A DNA stretch of 64,000 nt, taken from NCBI RefSeq assembly GCF_006345805.1, contig NC_042997.1, positions 123,814,001 to 123,878,000 of the forward strand, in the 5' to 3' direction. Below, piece by piece: positions 50,629-64,000 of this stretch. Within the stretch, counting starts at the first letter, position 1. Each line of letters begins with the position of its first letter. Under the pieces are notes generated by a model. That model made no database searches, was not told the DNA's origin, and worked only from the letters and a program-made list of their open reading frames with translations. This stretch comes from Octopus sinensis (taxonomy: Eukaryota). A program made the position numbers and the translations under genes.

Positions 50629-51936
50629 TGTGTGTGTATATATATATTCACACACACTTATATACAGGATATCTAGTTGAAGTTGTCACAGCTATTCTAT
50701 GGAGGCATCAATTTCTTGAATGAGTTATAACTTAATCATGAAATGGAAAGTAATTATGGCCAGACTTTTACGATACTATGTAGAACATCTTTAATGAACT
50801 AGATTTTCAACGCTGGCGAGTTCAGATCGCAATGAAAGGATGTGGTAATCTCATTTTAATTTTCTTTCATACTGAAATTAAATATTCTTTCTAGCGGTCC
50901 TGCGAATTATATCACTGCTTATATGATTTAAACGCCTTTAGAATTCTTCTCATCTTTAATATAATTCTGTATATCCAATTTGTTGCATAGTGTCTCTGAT
51001 AAAACAGCCACCTGACAGTCTGAATCGTTCTATGCAGAATTGGTTTAATATTCTATGTGAATTAATATTCTACAGTAGACTTTTTCTTTGTTTTTTGTTG
51101 TTGTTTTTTTTTATGATAATTCATTGAATATCATTATTAAACGTGAGTTTAATACCCATATGTTAGTGTTATATGATACATTCTGCTGAGTTTATCTCTG
51201 CATCTCATACTTCCATCATCGCTAAAATTAAGCATCCGTAAAGCACTGATATAGACATATAAAACTAACCTCTACTTTAAAAACTTCTGGCCTTGTGTTA
51301 AAATCAGAAACTATAATTTCTTACTAATGTAATTGCTGTTGTGTTCGCTAACTTCATTACTAAACGCTTTGTGAACATTGAACATGGTTTAGTTTAACCA
51401 CCGATTAAACATCATCATAACTGACATATCATCAAAAGCTTTTCAACTTGATATATTCCATATTTCAGTACTATGCAGAGCATCTAGTACTACACGATCC
51501 CGTTTATCCGTTTCAGAAAAGACTTTTGTGTGTGTCATTTTAGAAATACTTGACTGCTATTTTTAACAAGCTGAAATACTACGCAATGCGTTGCTTTATT
51601 TGATTTTCTATTTTAGAGTTTACTGAAATTACATTGCGTGACTTATGTGTGCAACATAGACTTGTGTTACTTTCAGTATATTTCGTAAATGAGTAAGTGA
51701 TAGAAAACTTACTTACGTATTCTTCTGCATCTGTTTTAGTTATTCCCAAAACACCAGTTTTTCTCCGAATTTATTGTCTCAGGTACCTCGTTGTTATCTT
51801 TATTTTCAAATTGTATTTCGATAATTTTCTATTCCTTGTAGAGATATTAGTGACGCTTCATTTGGGAAGTATTTTCTTTCCACTCGCCCTTGACAACAAT
51901 CTTCGTTCGATTTCCCTTGATATCTCTGTCTCCAAA

Positions 51937-52005
<69 letters not shown>

Positions 52006-53779
52006 TATATAAATATTTATACATATATATATATATATAGTTTCCAAGAATGTTTACACTCCACTTAATCTATAATTATTCCATAATTCTCACATAATTC
52101 ATATTCTTTGGAATCTCCTACCGTTTTGTCATACCGACTGCTATCGTTTGTCTTGCTTAAGTGTTATATTTGTACCTTTCCAACCTTCAAATATTTTGCA
52201 TATCATTTCTATATTGTTTTTCGGTACACGTTTAGATAATTTCTAATCTTCTCTTGAACAACAATTGAGACGTTTACATTCAAATGTTAGAGGCACACAA
52301 TTCTCAAATAGTGATTTACCGTTTTCTGTTAACACGGTGTACAATTTTGTGTGTGGTATTGGCCATGCAACGATTTGCTTTGAAAGGTTTTGTCATTTCT
52401 TCGTAGTTCCATGATTTAGATATTTGCTTTTTCACTTCTGTTTTATATCCTGCTTATCCTAAAAGGTGTCACTGACCTCGACGTCAGCTGTGTACTTTTT
52501 GTCTCCATGAAGGCAGGAAACAGTTATCCTTTACATTTTTAACTATTTATTTTGATATCATTTCATTTATTACAAATTTCTTTTGTAGGCCCACAATAGA
52601 GATGTTATAACAATGTACCACATAGATGATTCTGCTCTCCTACAGCAGATATTGCTTAATAGATGTCTGCTTGGAGAAACGGCTTAATTCTTTGTATTCA
52701 TAGTAACAATAATCTTTCGATGTAGGAGTTTCGATCATGTTTTCTAAAGAGCAGACATTATTATTTGTTTGTATTAATTTTTTCTGTCTAGTCGTATTAA
52801 TTCATTTAGTGTCTAGTTGCGAATATTAATAGTATAAATTACTCCTAGGATAGCTAGCTTTTCTGGAAGATTTTTAACTATTTATTTATATACAATGTGG
52901 TCTGTTTATTATAAATTTAATGCGTTTGTAATATTCATTCCTAAACTTTTCTTTCAATCATGCATGGTGTGAACTGAACAGTAGCTGAGTCTTAATTATT
53001 TTTTTACGTCTGTGTTACTTCTAATTATCTTATTTCTGCTTCTTTATGATGTTGTTTTATTAATTAACTTTCTAAATTAATTTCCCACTATTCAATATAA
53101 CTCTGGTTCATTTTTCTAACTCATATCAGATATCACATTACCAAAACTATGTATAGACCATAATTGAGTTTGTATTTTTTTTCTCATCTACAATGTACAA
53201 ATTCACACCCACCTCCACCGTCATATTTGGAACGGAGTTCAGCTTGGTTTAACTTTCACGCGGAAGACATTAGTGTCACACAGAAAAAGAAACAATGGAC
53301 AGAATATCTCACTTTAAATTATTTATCTTACAATGCAGATAGGGTGAGGTTTAATAATTCATTCCTTTTTATTTCTACAATTGATAGGCATTTATTCCTG
53401 GCTGTTTTAAATGATTTACTTACGTATGGTGCTACAATGTTCAGCGACTATGCATAAATGATAAACGTATGTGAATACTGTTAGAAAGCTTCTTGTATTC
53501 ATCCCACCACATACACGTACATTTCTACTACCTAGCGCACTTCGGATAACGTTTTGATGTTCTAAAATTGTTATTTACAATATATTAAACTATACTTTCT
53601 TATTCCCAATCTTCTAGAAATAATCAATGCTTCCTAGATATATTTATTTATAAACTGTGTTGTTAAAGTTTTGTAAATTCTATGAACGGTTATGGCTATT
53701 TAGTTCATTTAGTTTCCATTTTGTTTTGGATTTTAATTTTGTCGTCGAGTTTCATGTTGAGCTCCGTAATTATTTTCTT

Positions 53780-54190
53780 TTATTCCTTTACTTGTTTCAA
53801 TCTCATTTCCCTGTGGCCATACCGGAGCACCGTCTTAAATGGTTCTTAGTCGAAAGAAATTGACCCCCAGGACATCTTTCTTTAGCCTAGTACTTATTAT
53901 ATCGGTTTTTTACCGAACCGCTAGCTTACTGGGACCAAAACACACCAGCACCAATTATCAACCAGCTAAGAGGAGACAATCACAGACAAAAAGACACACA
54001 CACACACATACATATATATATACACAGATGGGTGTGAGTGTGTGTGAATACGATGGGCTTCTTTCAGTTTCCCTCTACGAAATTCACTCACAAGCCTATA
54101 ATAGAAGACGCCTGCCCGAGATACTACGCTGTGGGACTGAACCAGGAACCATGTGGATGGTAAGCAAATTGCCACACAACCGCACTTGCC
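53780..54190 (-). mobile_element. SINE family A, degenerate full-length copy
   Basis: Tail cttgtttcaatc...ggccataccggagcaccg; head gggactgaaccaggaaccatgtgg. Confidence 0.85.
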
Positions 54191-55296
54191 TCTATATTTA
54201 CAAAATATATTTTATCCTTTCTCATTATTCACGTTATTCGTTTGTTTTAGCGTATTGATTTGACATAGACTCCTACAGTCGTTCAGTTGCTCGGTTTATT
54301 GAATGGTGTTACATGGTTGGTAGCAATATCATAAACAAATACAACTCTAAGTATCTTCAAAAGCAAGGTAACAAAAATTTGGACATGTCTCCAAGCTACA
54401 AAAGGGTAAAAACTAGATTACAAAAATGCGATGTACCTATTGATGTGTAATGTAAGACAATGACAACAACAACATGATACAATTTTTTTTTCTTTTGCAA
54501 GCACAGTGTGCAAAAGGTGGAGGGCAACACAAGGAAATCGAGAAAAGAACGACGATTGACTGAAGGCGTTGCGTTCTTGCTTCACTAATTTATCCAAGAA
54601 AGGCTGAGAAGCGAGGTGAAATACTCCTGTTTTACAATGACTGATAAATGTTTTGTATATCTTCGATAGAAGAGTCAAAAGAATCCAGAGATGATGTGTA
54701 CCTGTATGGGTATTTTACGGACAGTGTGTATAGCAAAATGTGTCTGAGTTTCAAGAAAACTCTCCGCTGGTCGCTTAAATTGAGAATAGTATTTTTTCTT
54801 TTTGCATTTAATTGTCGTTGTTCTTGCTCTTATTGAAAATCTTTCCCTCTCTCGGTGGCTCGTTCGATGCTTCTAATTGTATGTAACTGATTTTATTTAC
54901 TGTGCGTAATATAGTTTTCCAAATCCAAAATTGTAGCATTGATGCTGTCGTCTGCATTTTACAAAACTGTTTACTTCCGTGCATGATAAATAGAACCCAA
55001 TCATTTTACTTTAACAGTATCGTGCGATATGCATGGAGAACAGCTTCCTAGTTTTATGCAATACTTCTAATCCGTAATTCTGTCTTTGTCATAAAAAAAA
55101 AAAAAGCAGAGTAACGCAACACTGAAATATCCAACACATTGATTTCGTGAATATTGGCTCCATTCAGAGTTGATTCAAAACACATTCTTAAATATTCTCT
55201 TGTGTTGTTTGGAGACATTATTTCAAATGAACTTTCCCACTATATTATCATACTGCATTACTTGTATCTTTGATTCATTTTCAGTGGCCTAATCAT

Positions 55297-55328
<32 letters not shown>

Positions 55329-55466
55329 TATTATTATCACCATCACCAGCAGCAGCAGTATTGGCGTTAATATTTGCAATATTATTAAAATTGATTTATT
55401 TTGTTGTTGCTGTTGGTATACTGTATTGTTAGAAATTGATTTTATTGTTAGATATTGGTTTTACAA

Positions 55467-55700
55467 AGGCGGCAAGCTGGCAGAAACGTTAGCACGCCGG
55501 GCGATATGCTTAGCGGTATTTCGTCTGCCGCTACGTTCTGAGTTCAAATTCCGCCGAGGTCGACTTTGCCTTTCATCATTTCAGGGTCGATAAATTAAGT
55601 ACCAGTTACACACTGAGGTCGATGTAATCGACTTAATCCCTATGTCTGTTCTTGTTTGTCCCCTCTATGTTTAGCCCCTTGTGGGCAATAAACAAATAAG
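55467..55700 (+). mobile_element. SINE family B monomer
   Basis: ggcggcaagctggcagaaacgttagcacgccgggcg...gttcaaattccgccgaggtcgac...gtgggcaataaac. Confidence 0.9.
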
Positions 55701-56115
55701 AAATTGGTTTTATCCGAAGAAAGATAATACGGTTATCAGTTTCAGAAACCCTTGCGACGGTGTTTCAGAACTGTTTTCTGTTTTTTGTATTTTGAGTTAC
55801 CTGAGGTTTGGCCGTTTTCTTGGGTTTGCCATAATGTCCTTATATATAAACACTCATCAATATAGACAAACATGCATGTTTACATACATACAAACACACC
55901 TCTATATATGTATGCTCATATCGAAGAGTATCAATGAGTGGTCAACATCGCCCTGCTGGATAAACTAAACGTTTGTATTACAACACGTACCAACCTTCGG
56001 TGTGGCAGGCTTGATAATTGGTGAAAGATTTCTCTCGGCATGAAACCAATGGTAGCTTTATTAACTGAGAAATATGCAGACAGACAGACAGATAGACAGA
56101 TAAATATATATCTAT

Positions 56116-56320
<205 letters not shown>

Positions 56321-56349
56321 GCGTGTATGCAATTATTCCAGTTATGTTG

Positions 56350-56545
56350 GTTTCGAATTTTTACACAAGGTTACAATGTCCGCGGGAGTAGATACGTCCC
56401 TTACATCGACCCCAGTGGTCAACTGGTCTTCATCTTATCGACGTGATGAAAGGCAAAGCCAACCTCGGTGAACTTAGAGCTCAGAACGTAAAGATTGACG
56501 AAATGCCGCTAACAAATTTGCCCGGCCTACTAACAACTCTGCCAG
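56350..56545 (-). mobile_element. SINE family B, degenerate
   Basis: ttacatcgaccccagtggtcaactgg...gatgaaaggcaaagccaacctcggtgaacttagagctcagaacg. Confidence 0.8.
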
Positions 56546-57910
56546 TTCACCGCCTTAAATATTCCAATTACAATAAAGCCCGTAACTTGCATTCAATTAA
56601 AACGAAACGCAAAGTCAAAAGTGATATTTAAATTCAACCAAGCATATTTAAATATTAATCGAGATATTGTAACAATACAAGGAATTAACGCCAATCCTTT
56701 GAAATTATTAGATATTATATTTACATTTCAAACTGTTATCTGCAAAGGTCACAGTGTTTTAGAAATCTTAGTGATTCGGAAATGTAACATATACTTAAAT
56801 GAGACTGAAAAGATTTCTAGACTATTTTACTATGACTAATAAATAAGAAATGTCAAAGCATTTTGTATTTCGTATTACTATTTCTGGAAACGTTTAAGAA
56901 TTCATTAGAATACACAGAAGAAAATCTACAAGACTTTGAAAACGCCTTGTGCAACAATAGTGTTACTTTCATTGAAATTTAATGAAGATATTTACCATTT
57001 ATGCTAATGCGTCGCGAGTTATTGACAAATTATTGTGTATAAAAGAATAACTAGGAAATGGAGCAGCAATATCAATAGTAATTTTCATAATAGGAAAGCT
57101 ATATTTTTTCCGATAAAATCGATATTTATCAATTTTGATTTTAAGGCCTTTCTATTGTTAAAATATATCCGCATTAATGCTTTCTATTCTTTCTATATAA
57201 GAAGGGATCAAAGAATACATTATTCAAAGAAGGGTAAGTATTTCCCAAGAATTTCAATTATCAGTTCACTTTTGATTTTTAATGAATATCAATACTTTCA
57301 TTGATTGACAATGAGACGCTTGATCTATCAAATGTTTTCAACTTAGAAGTGTTAAAAAATAATCATTATAGCTATTCACATCGTCAGAATGTCATGGCTT
57401 CATACTTGCATATTACACATATATAGAGATCATTGAAATGATTTTAAAATATAAGTCGTTCAAGTACCAGTTAAATGCAGAAATAGTGCCTTTCATTTTT
57501 ATCTTAATCTTCCTCCATGAGAAAGATATTTGTAGAGAGGGACAATCAATGAATTAACTCAAACATTAACTAATAACTAATAATAATACCCACGAAAACG
57601 TGCATCTGGCCATATATTTTAGGTGTGATTCAAAGTCGATTAATTTGAATCTAATGTTATACAGCCATTTTTCTGTTATAAATCAAGTGGATTACAAAAA
57701 CACAAACGAGCAAGTAAACTTCTGACTGAAAAGGAACGTGACTAACGTGACTTGTATGTTCTCCAATACTTTACCGTTCCTGCTATCCCACGGACCCATA
57801 ATTACACTAAACAGAAATCATTTTAAAACTTACAGATATATTCCGTTTTGTATATTTTGACAAAATTAAACTGTTCAGTGATGTCTCAGTGGTTCAAAAA
57901 TAATATACTC

Positions 57911-58144
57911 TCTCTTTTACTCTTTTACTTGTTTCAGTCATTTGACTGTGGCCATGCTGGAGCACCACCTTTAGTCGAGCAAGTGTACCCCAGGACTTAT
58001 GGTTTGTAAGCCTAGTGCTTATTCTATCGGTTACTTTTGCCGTACTGCTAAATTACGAGGATGTAAACACACCAACATCGGTTGTCAAGTGATGTTGGGG
58101 GAGACAAACACAGACACACAAACATACACACACACACACACACA

Positions 58145-58209
<65 letters not shown>

Positions 58210-58300
58210 TATGTGTGTGTGTGTGTACGACGTGATTCTTTCAGTTTCCGTCTATCAAATCCAGTCACAAGGCTTTGGTCGGCCTGAGGCAATAGTAGAA
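57911..58300 (-). mobile_element. SINE family A lacking the head
   Basis: tcttttactcttttacttgtttcagtcatttgactgtggccatgctggagcacc through ggctttggtcggcctgaggcaatagtagaaga. Confidence 0.88.
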
Positions 58301-58929
58301 GAAATTTGCCCATATATATTAGATTTTCTTTTAAAACATTGTCCAGTTTATTAGAGTCGGCCAAACATCTCAAACACTGTGTTGTATTTATATGAGCACA
58401 TAGCATCAACTACAATATCAGCATTTACTTCGTCATTTGACTCAGCTAACTGTCTCTGTTAAATGCTTCGCTGTTTCTAATCAGTGTTAACCAGAAGTAG
58501 GTAATTAGTTTAGTTGAATTGTGAGAACGTTAAATGTGCTTAAGACGTAAATGTCATTCCGAAATGACGCAACAGAAATGAAACACCTATAATTGGATAT
58601 CCGAAGTAGGCTGTGGTGCCAATTATACATGTGCGAAGCGTATTCTATCAAATTGCAGCTACTGTAGAGAATGTCGTATCAGATAAAATATAAAGAAGTT
58701 TATGATAATCACAAATGAAGAAACCAACTAAAATCAGTTTCACCTGCGTTGCAAACCTTACAAAATTACTTAATTTGTTCGATGCACTAAAGTAGGTAAG
58801 GTAAAGAAATTGCGTGTGTTAGATAAAATCTATTAATTATGATCATATGTATCACGGACGAAACGCATATATATCATGTAATACCACTTCCAAAGCTTCT
58901 TGAATAGAAATTAACAAAATATTTAAATG

Positions 58930-59850
58930 CTTTGTTAATTGTTGTATTAAAATGTTCTTCTTATGATTTCTCCATGTTCGTTTTTATTAGATGCTGTCAG
59001 GTCTTCAACAATACTAAAGGCACTCGGCATTTGTTATTCTTTTGTTTTGCCTGTAAAATTAATTCGGAATCTAAATTTTTATGCTACCTCTACTGTGTCT
59101 TCTACGTTCAGGAATGCATCTGCTCCCTCATCATTCACTTCCAAGAAGCTTTTATCGCTTATTGAATACCATTTCACCTCTCTGCTGAAATTGCAATATT
59201 CAGGTCTTTCCACTTTAATTCTTAGACTTTCAGCAATTCGTTTTGTTGCTTTCGTTCCTCAGTATTAACCTCTCTTTTATCCGAAATCCATTTCCTTCTT
59301 TTTATCTTTCTTCTATCCAAAACACCTTTGGCTACATAGCACTTTACTTCCTTTACATTCTACTCCATATCATTGATGTCTATATCTTCGTCTACAGATT
59401 CAAACAATACAAATCGATTTCGCCATTCACTTACAAATTCAAGTTTATTTCTATCACATCGTCCTTCAGTATTTCTGAATGAGAGCTGTTGGTGATCCCT
59501 CCCTTTTTTCGCCATGGCCTTCAGTTTTATCTGATTTGTTCTTACATCTAACTGATGGTCACTTCCGATATCTGCATCTAAGCATGTTCAAACATTAAAC
59601 ATTGGTGTGTTATGCTACAAATATATCAAAATATTAGCGAAGTAATTACGATACATTCTTTTTATCTGGATATTTCCAAGTACATTTAAGGATACCTTTG
59701 AAAGTATTTACCAGTATAGAAGCTCATCAATATCACACAATTTTCAACTCATGCCCATTGTCCATTCTAGGCCATCTATGATTCTATCTACAAGATTTTG
59801 CAGTTACATTCCCAATAAGAGTTTTCATACCACCTAGTGGTATACTGGCA
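58930..59850 (-). mobile_element. Highly degenerate RTE-like LINE fragment (APE domain C-terminus plus linker)
   Basis: Manual minus-strand translation: KCTWKYPD...LDADIGSDHQLDVRTNQIKLK (APE TW..PD and SDH motifs), then SEWRNRFVLF...DINDME*NVKEV...AKGVL.RRK..RRKWISD. Many stops; boundaries approximate. Confidence 0.7.
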
Positions 59851-60899
59851 ATTGACTTTAGCGACTATTTGTGCAATCCCCATCGGTTGCATGATTTATA
59901 ATCATGGAACATTCAATATTATTGAAGTTATATAGCATAGTTTTACGTTCTATTAAAAAATTAGGAAGTGTTGTAAAGGCGTCCTTTCAGACCATGCTCT
60001 CAGACCTTTTATTTTTAGAATCGATCTCACTCCATCGCAACCTTGTATTTTCACTTCCAGAAGTCTAAACTGTAGTGTCACCCGTTCCAAAATCTAATCC
60101 ATCATTATGAACCTAGTTTCACGCAGACTAACTGCTCAGTTTTGTTCTGTTGGCTCTCTGCCCGCTCTATATTATCAATTTTACCATTCAGTTACAGATA
60201 ATTACACCAATACCTATTCTAATATTTCTATTTAAAACACAAGATATTCGTATCCCCTCTATTTTCTTGGATCTAGGAGTCACTCGTTATTCAGGTGTTG
60301 CAATGTTCTCTTTATAAATCCGTACAAATATACTTCGTACTTTACCTCATTGATTATGACTTCATTGCACGAGGAGCACTCCGAGCTATACGCAGTTGAT
60401 CTGTAATAGAGGGGACAGAATCTCTCGTCAAACAGGCAGCTATTGCTTATCGGTGTTACTTATATTAATCTTAACAATGTACCAGAGACAATAACGTGAT
60501 TTGTTCTGTGAACCGCACAAAATTGTTACCATGGATATCACTCCATTATAATGAATTGGTAGAGAATCTGTATATCATGCAATTTCATTCATATTAAGAG
60601 AGGCTGGTAACCATGGGGATGTTCTCTCATATCATTCCACTTGCATCGTTATTTCTCACCGCTTTCGTGTTCTAATTAATTACGACATAAAGCAAGAAAG
60701 CGGAAACGGAAGAGAAGCTGTTCTATGTATTTGGTCGATTTGCATTACGCTAGTTATTGTCTTGCCTAGTCTTGAAGCATCAAAAAGGAAAAGACTCATA
60801 TACATGCTTGATGAAATAAGAAAACTTGTGTGTTTAAATGCAAACACCAATAGATCTACAATAATGAAATCTCCGCAACTAGTTTGAGGAAATACACAA

Positions 60900-61330
60900 T
60901 AGAAGAAATTGATGAGCAAAAATATCCTAGAATTTTATAGAGACTGATGGGTGTTTTAAAACTGAATTTAATGAAAGGCTTAAGAAAGCAAATAAAGCAA
61001 TTCGAGTGCTTTCAAACTCTTGGAAATCACAGAAATTAATCTACATATACATCACTAGTAAGAACAGATGTTGTATATTAAATTGAGTCAAGGAATAGGA
61101 GTTAGATTATAATTAGTCGCTTTAGAGAATTTCCAAAGAAAGTATTATGAAAATCTTGCGGGTCAAATAGTATTAATTTGTGAGAAAGGAAGCGGTTGGA
61201 GGCATGAAGAAATTACTATTAATAAATGTAGGAATAGTATAGAAATATATTGATGCTGGGTTTTGTGATTCCAGTGCAAAATGAAGGCAGGCTAAAGCAT
61301 GCAGCATAACGGTGAGAAGCCAAAAACGAG
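60900..61330 (+). mobile_element. Degenerate RTE-like RT C-terminal fragment
   Basis: Translation TDGCFKTEFNERLKKANKAIRVLSNSWKSQKL resembles the post-YADD DG...EI..RI.KA...F..L..IWKS motif. Confidence 0.5.
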
Positions 61331-61790
61331 GCCTACTTGGCAGTAATCAATTCGGTGAGAATGAGATCATGACTGAGCGGTGATTGATAACAAGACATAG
61401 AACAAACTTCAGGGAGAATAAATGGTTGGAGCTGAGTACAGTACTGCTTTTGAAGTAGCGATAGTAACTGTATGAATTTAGACATATATTTGCAATGTTT
61501 GGGGCAATTTGTTACATGACAAATTACTTCAGTAACAGTCTTGTAAAGCAAGATTTTATAAATCTGTGCGAGACAGAAATAATGATGAATTGAAACTACA
61601 AACCATCTATATGTGTGAGCGCGCGCACGCGTGCACATGTTCGTATGTCTGAGTATCTGTCTGTGTTTATATGTGCGTGCGTGTGATTGCGTAGGTGTAC
61701 GATATATGAGTAAAACATTACAGATGATATTAATGTAATATTAAAGCGATGGTATTAATGTAAAAAAATAAAAATATGAATATCATTTAT

Positions 61791-62059
61791 GCGCCCTTTT
61801 CAAGCCTAGACAGGCTCATGGGACTGGTTTTCCGGTTTCTGTGTTCAACCCGGCTGGACGGGAAGCCAGTCCATCGCAGATTTACCCAAGAAACAGAAAG
61901 AAAGAGTGAGAGAAAGAGTACAACAGGGGTCGTCACTACTACCTGCCGAAGCCTCGTCAATCTTTAGGCGTTTTCGCTCAATAATCACACAGAACGCCCG
62001 ATCTGGGAACCGAAACCGACCGCGAGTCCGCTGCCCTAACCACTGGGCCATTGCGCCTC
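61791..62059 (-). mobile_element. SINE family D
   Basis: Reverse complement of the 38524 copy: cgcccttttcaagcctag...ccagtccatcgcag...ccctaaccactgggccattgcgcctc. Confidence 0.85.
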
Positions 62060-62834
62060 CTCAAATACGAATTTACAGAAAGAGATATATATGGTAACAA
62101 GTATAATGTAAAAATAAGACTCCTGTGTCTGAGTTCGGGACAGCTGTTGTTTTATGGGTGAGAAACAAGCGCTGGAATACATGCGGAAAATACAAAAATA
62201 TCTATAGCTATATTTGTAATTCTGTCTATTTCTTTGCCTGTGTTTCGATCCAGTTAAAGTATATATGTGTCACTATGTGAATGTATGTAATAATATAATC
62301 AAGAAACAAAAAGCGAGGAAAATTTATTTAATAACATAGCGTGATATGAAGACTTCCGTGGCTTTTAGACAACTACATCTCCGGGGTAATTACCTTCCAA
62401 TAATTTCATGTTATTTTTCTCTTTCATACGATTATCTTCATAGCACAGAAGTAAGTATGGAAAGTTTTATTGTTTAAAAAAAATTACCTCATTTTCTTTG
62501 ATTATTTAATCATTATGCATACTCTATGAATTTTATAGCCTGTGGATTTGTGTCATAGCATTACGTGTATACTAGCACGAAACAACGTTCGCCAAATGAA
62601 TTCTATAGAATGCTTATGTACGCATTACTCCCAGACTTTCTTTCTTCCACATTCACACGCAGGTTCTGGTAGTATATATGAATAGTAGGCTTGTGTTTTT
62701 GTATGTGTTTCAATATGTAAATGTATATATTCACATATATATACATATACAAACATATTTACACGCATATATATTTATATATAAAAATATACATGTATAT
62801 GCGTGTATGTGTGTGTACAAGCACGGGGGCGTGA

Positions 62835-62890
<56 letters not shown>

Positions 62891-62893
62891 ATG

Positions 62894-62926
<33 letters not shown>

Positions 62927-62933
62927 GTATATG

Positions 62934-62982
<49 letters not shown>

Positions 62983-62983
62983 A

Positions 62984-63015
<32 letters not shown>

Positions 63016-63016
<1 letters not shown>

Positions 63017-64000
63017 AACTTAGATAAACTTAGATATGTTTCGACCAAAGATTGGTCCAGGCCATGTGTAACTTAATAGCACCACCTGATAGGATTATTC
63101 GAATCCTGTTTAAGTCAAGTTTGTTTAAGTCAAGTTTTGTTCAAGTAGTGAGTTCTTGTTGGGTGAGTTGTATCCAGTTTTGTTCAAGTAGTGAGTTCTT
63201 GTTGGGTGAGTTGTATCCAATTATGGGTGGCTTATCTAGTATTCTTTGAAGGAATCTATCCAGACTCTGTTTAAAGTTGATGGGATCCTTTTCCTCTTTG
63301 GGCAGGGCCTGTTGAGGAAAAGAAATTATGTTGCAGTGTACATGTATGTTGTGATCTTGAATTGGGCAGGGGACGTATAGCCCGTGGTCCAAGTCTTGGA
63401 TGAACCTTGAAGCTAATGTTTAGGTCGTTTGGGCAAAGTTGGCGGTATATTTTCCACATCGTACAAATGATGTACCGCTCACGGCGACGCTGGAGGGAAT
63501 AAAGTTTCAAGGCTTTAAGGCGATCCCAATAATCGAGAGCAGCCATGCCTTCAATTTGTTTAGTGAGCGTCCTCTGGGGTGACTCAATTCTGGAGATGTT
63601 TTGTCTTGTGTGAGGAGACCACAGTGGGCAGCAGTATTCAAGGTGTGGCCGTACAAAGGAGGAAAAAAGTGGTATGATGACACCTTGTTCTCTGGACCGG
63701 AAAGTTCTTAAGATCCAGGAACTCATCCTACGAGCTATATCGACCTTCTTGTTGATGTGTGCACTCCAACTGAGATCGTCATCAACAATTACACCCAGGT
63801 CTCTGATATTGTTAGAAGCTGTGAGCGGTTCCCCTGAAGGAAGAGAGTATGGTTGTTTTAGTGAGGAATTTCTTCCAAAATGCATCAGCTCAAATTTTCT
63901 CTCATTCAGTTGCATTTTGTTTCTGTCTGCCCATTGACTCACAGCATATAGATCAGACTGGAGTTGAGTTCGGTCTGCTTCTTCATTGACGATTTGCTGG
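63016..64000 (-). mobile_element. CR1/L2-type LINE, RT C-terminal region and 3' end (continues beyond the window)
   Basis: ORF 63271-63942 has WADRNKMQLNERKF, IRDLGVIVDDDLSW, FVRPHLEYCCPLWSP, LDYWDRLKALKLYSLQRRRERY. There is a frameshift near 63300. The 3' UTR has a gacca/tggtc stem-loop and ends in two 10-bp AAACTTAGAT repeats. Confidence 0.93.

Noticed and set aside
52050-52900. Possible ancient LINE remnant on the minus strand
   Set aside because: No convincing conserved motif was recovered by manual translation.
57200-57240. Candidate micro-exon ending in a strong donor (AAGG|gtaagta)
   Set aside because: Weak acceptor and an unrecognisable 10-aa peptide; such signals arise by chance in 64 kb.

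Overview
AT-rich, repeat-dense eukaryotic DNA with no host protein-coding gene that I can support. Most ORFs in the track are translations of (TA)n, (CA)n, (TATG)n, (GATA)n and (TTA)n microsatellites. The SINE set and microsatellite load resemble what I recall of cephalopod (octopus-like) genomes; this is an unverified inference. Retroelements: a near full-length but disabled R4/Dong-clade RT-RLE LINE (about 43948-47991, minus), two shorter Dong 3' fragments and a non-coding element, all sitting in (TTA)n tracts; the 3' end of a CR1/L2-type LINE running off the window end; degenerate RTE and Penelope-like fragments; and many copies of four tRNA-type SINE families. DNA transposons: an internally deleted DD37D-type Tc1/mariner with a nested TA MITE, a degenerate MULE transposase with one repeat-bearing end, two non-autonomous Helitrons, a hAT MITE with an 8-bp TSD, and TTAA MITEs. 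The most interesting observation is a 215-bp spacerless fold-back element (50253-50467) whose two arms each read as a type I hammerhead-ribozyme-like motif, one per strand. A second, degenerate hammerhead relic lies at 22188-22235. All alignments and folds were done by eye.
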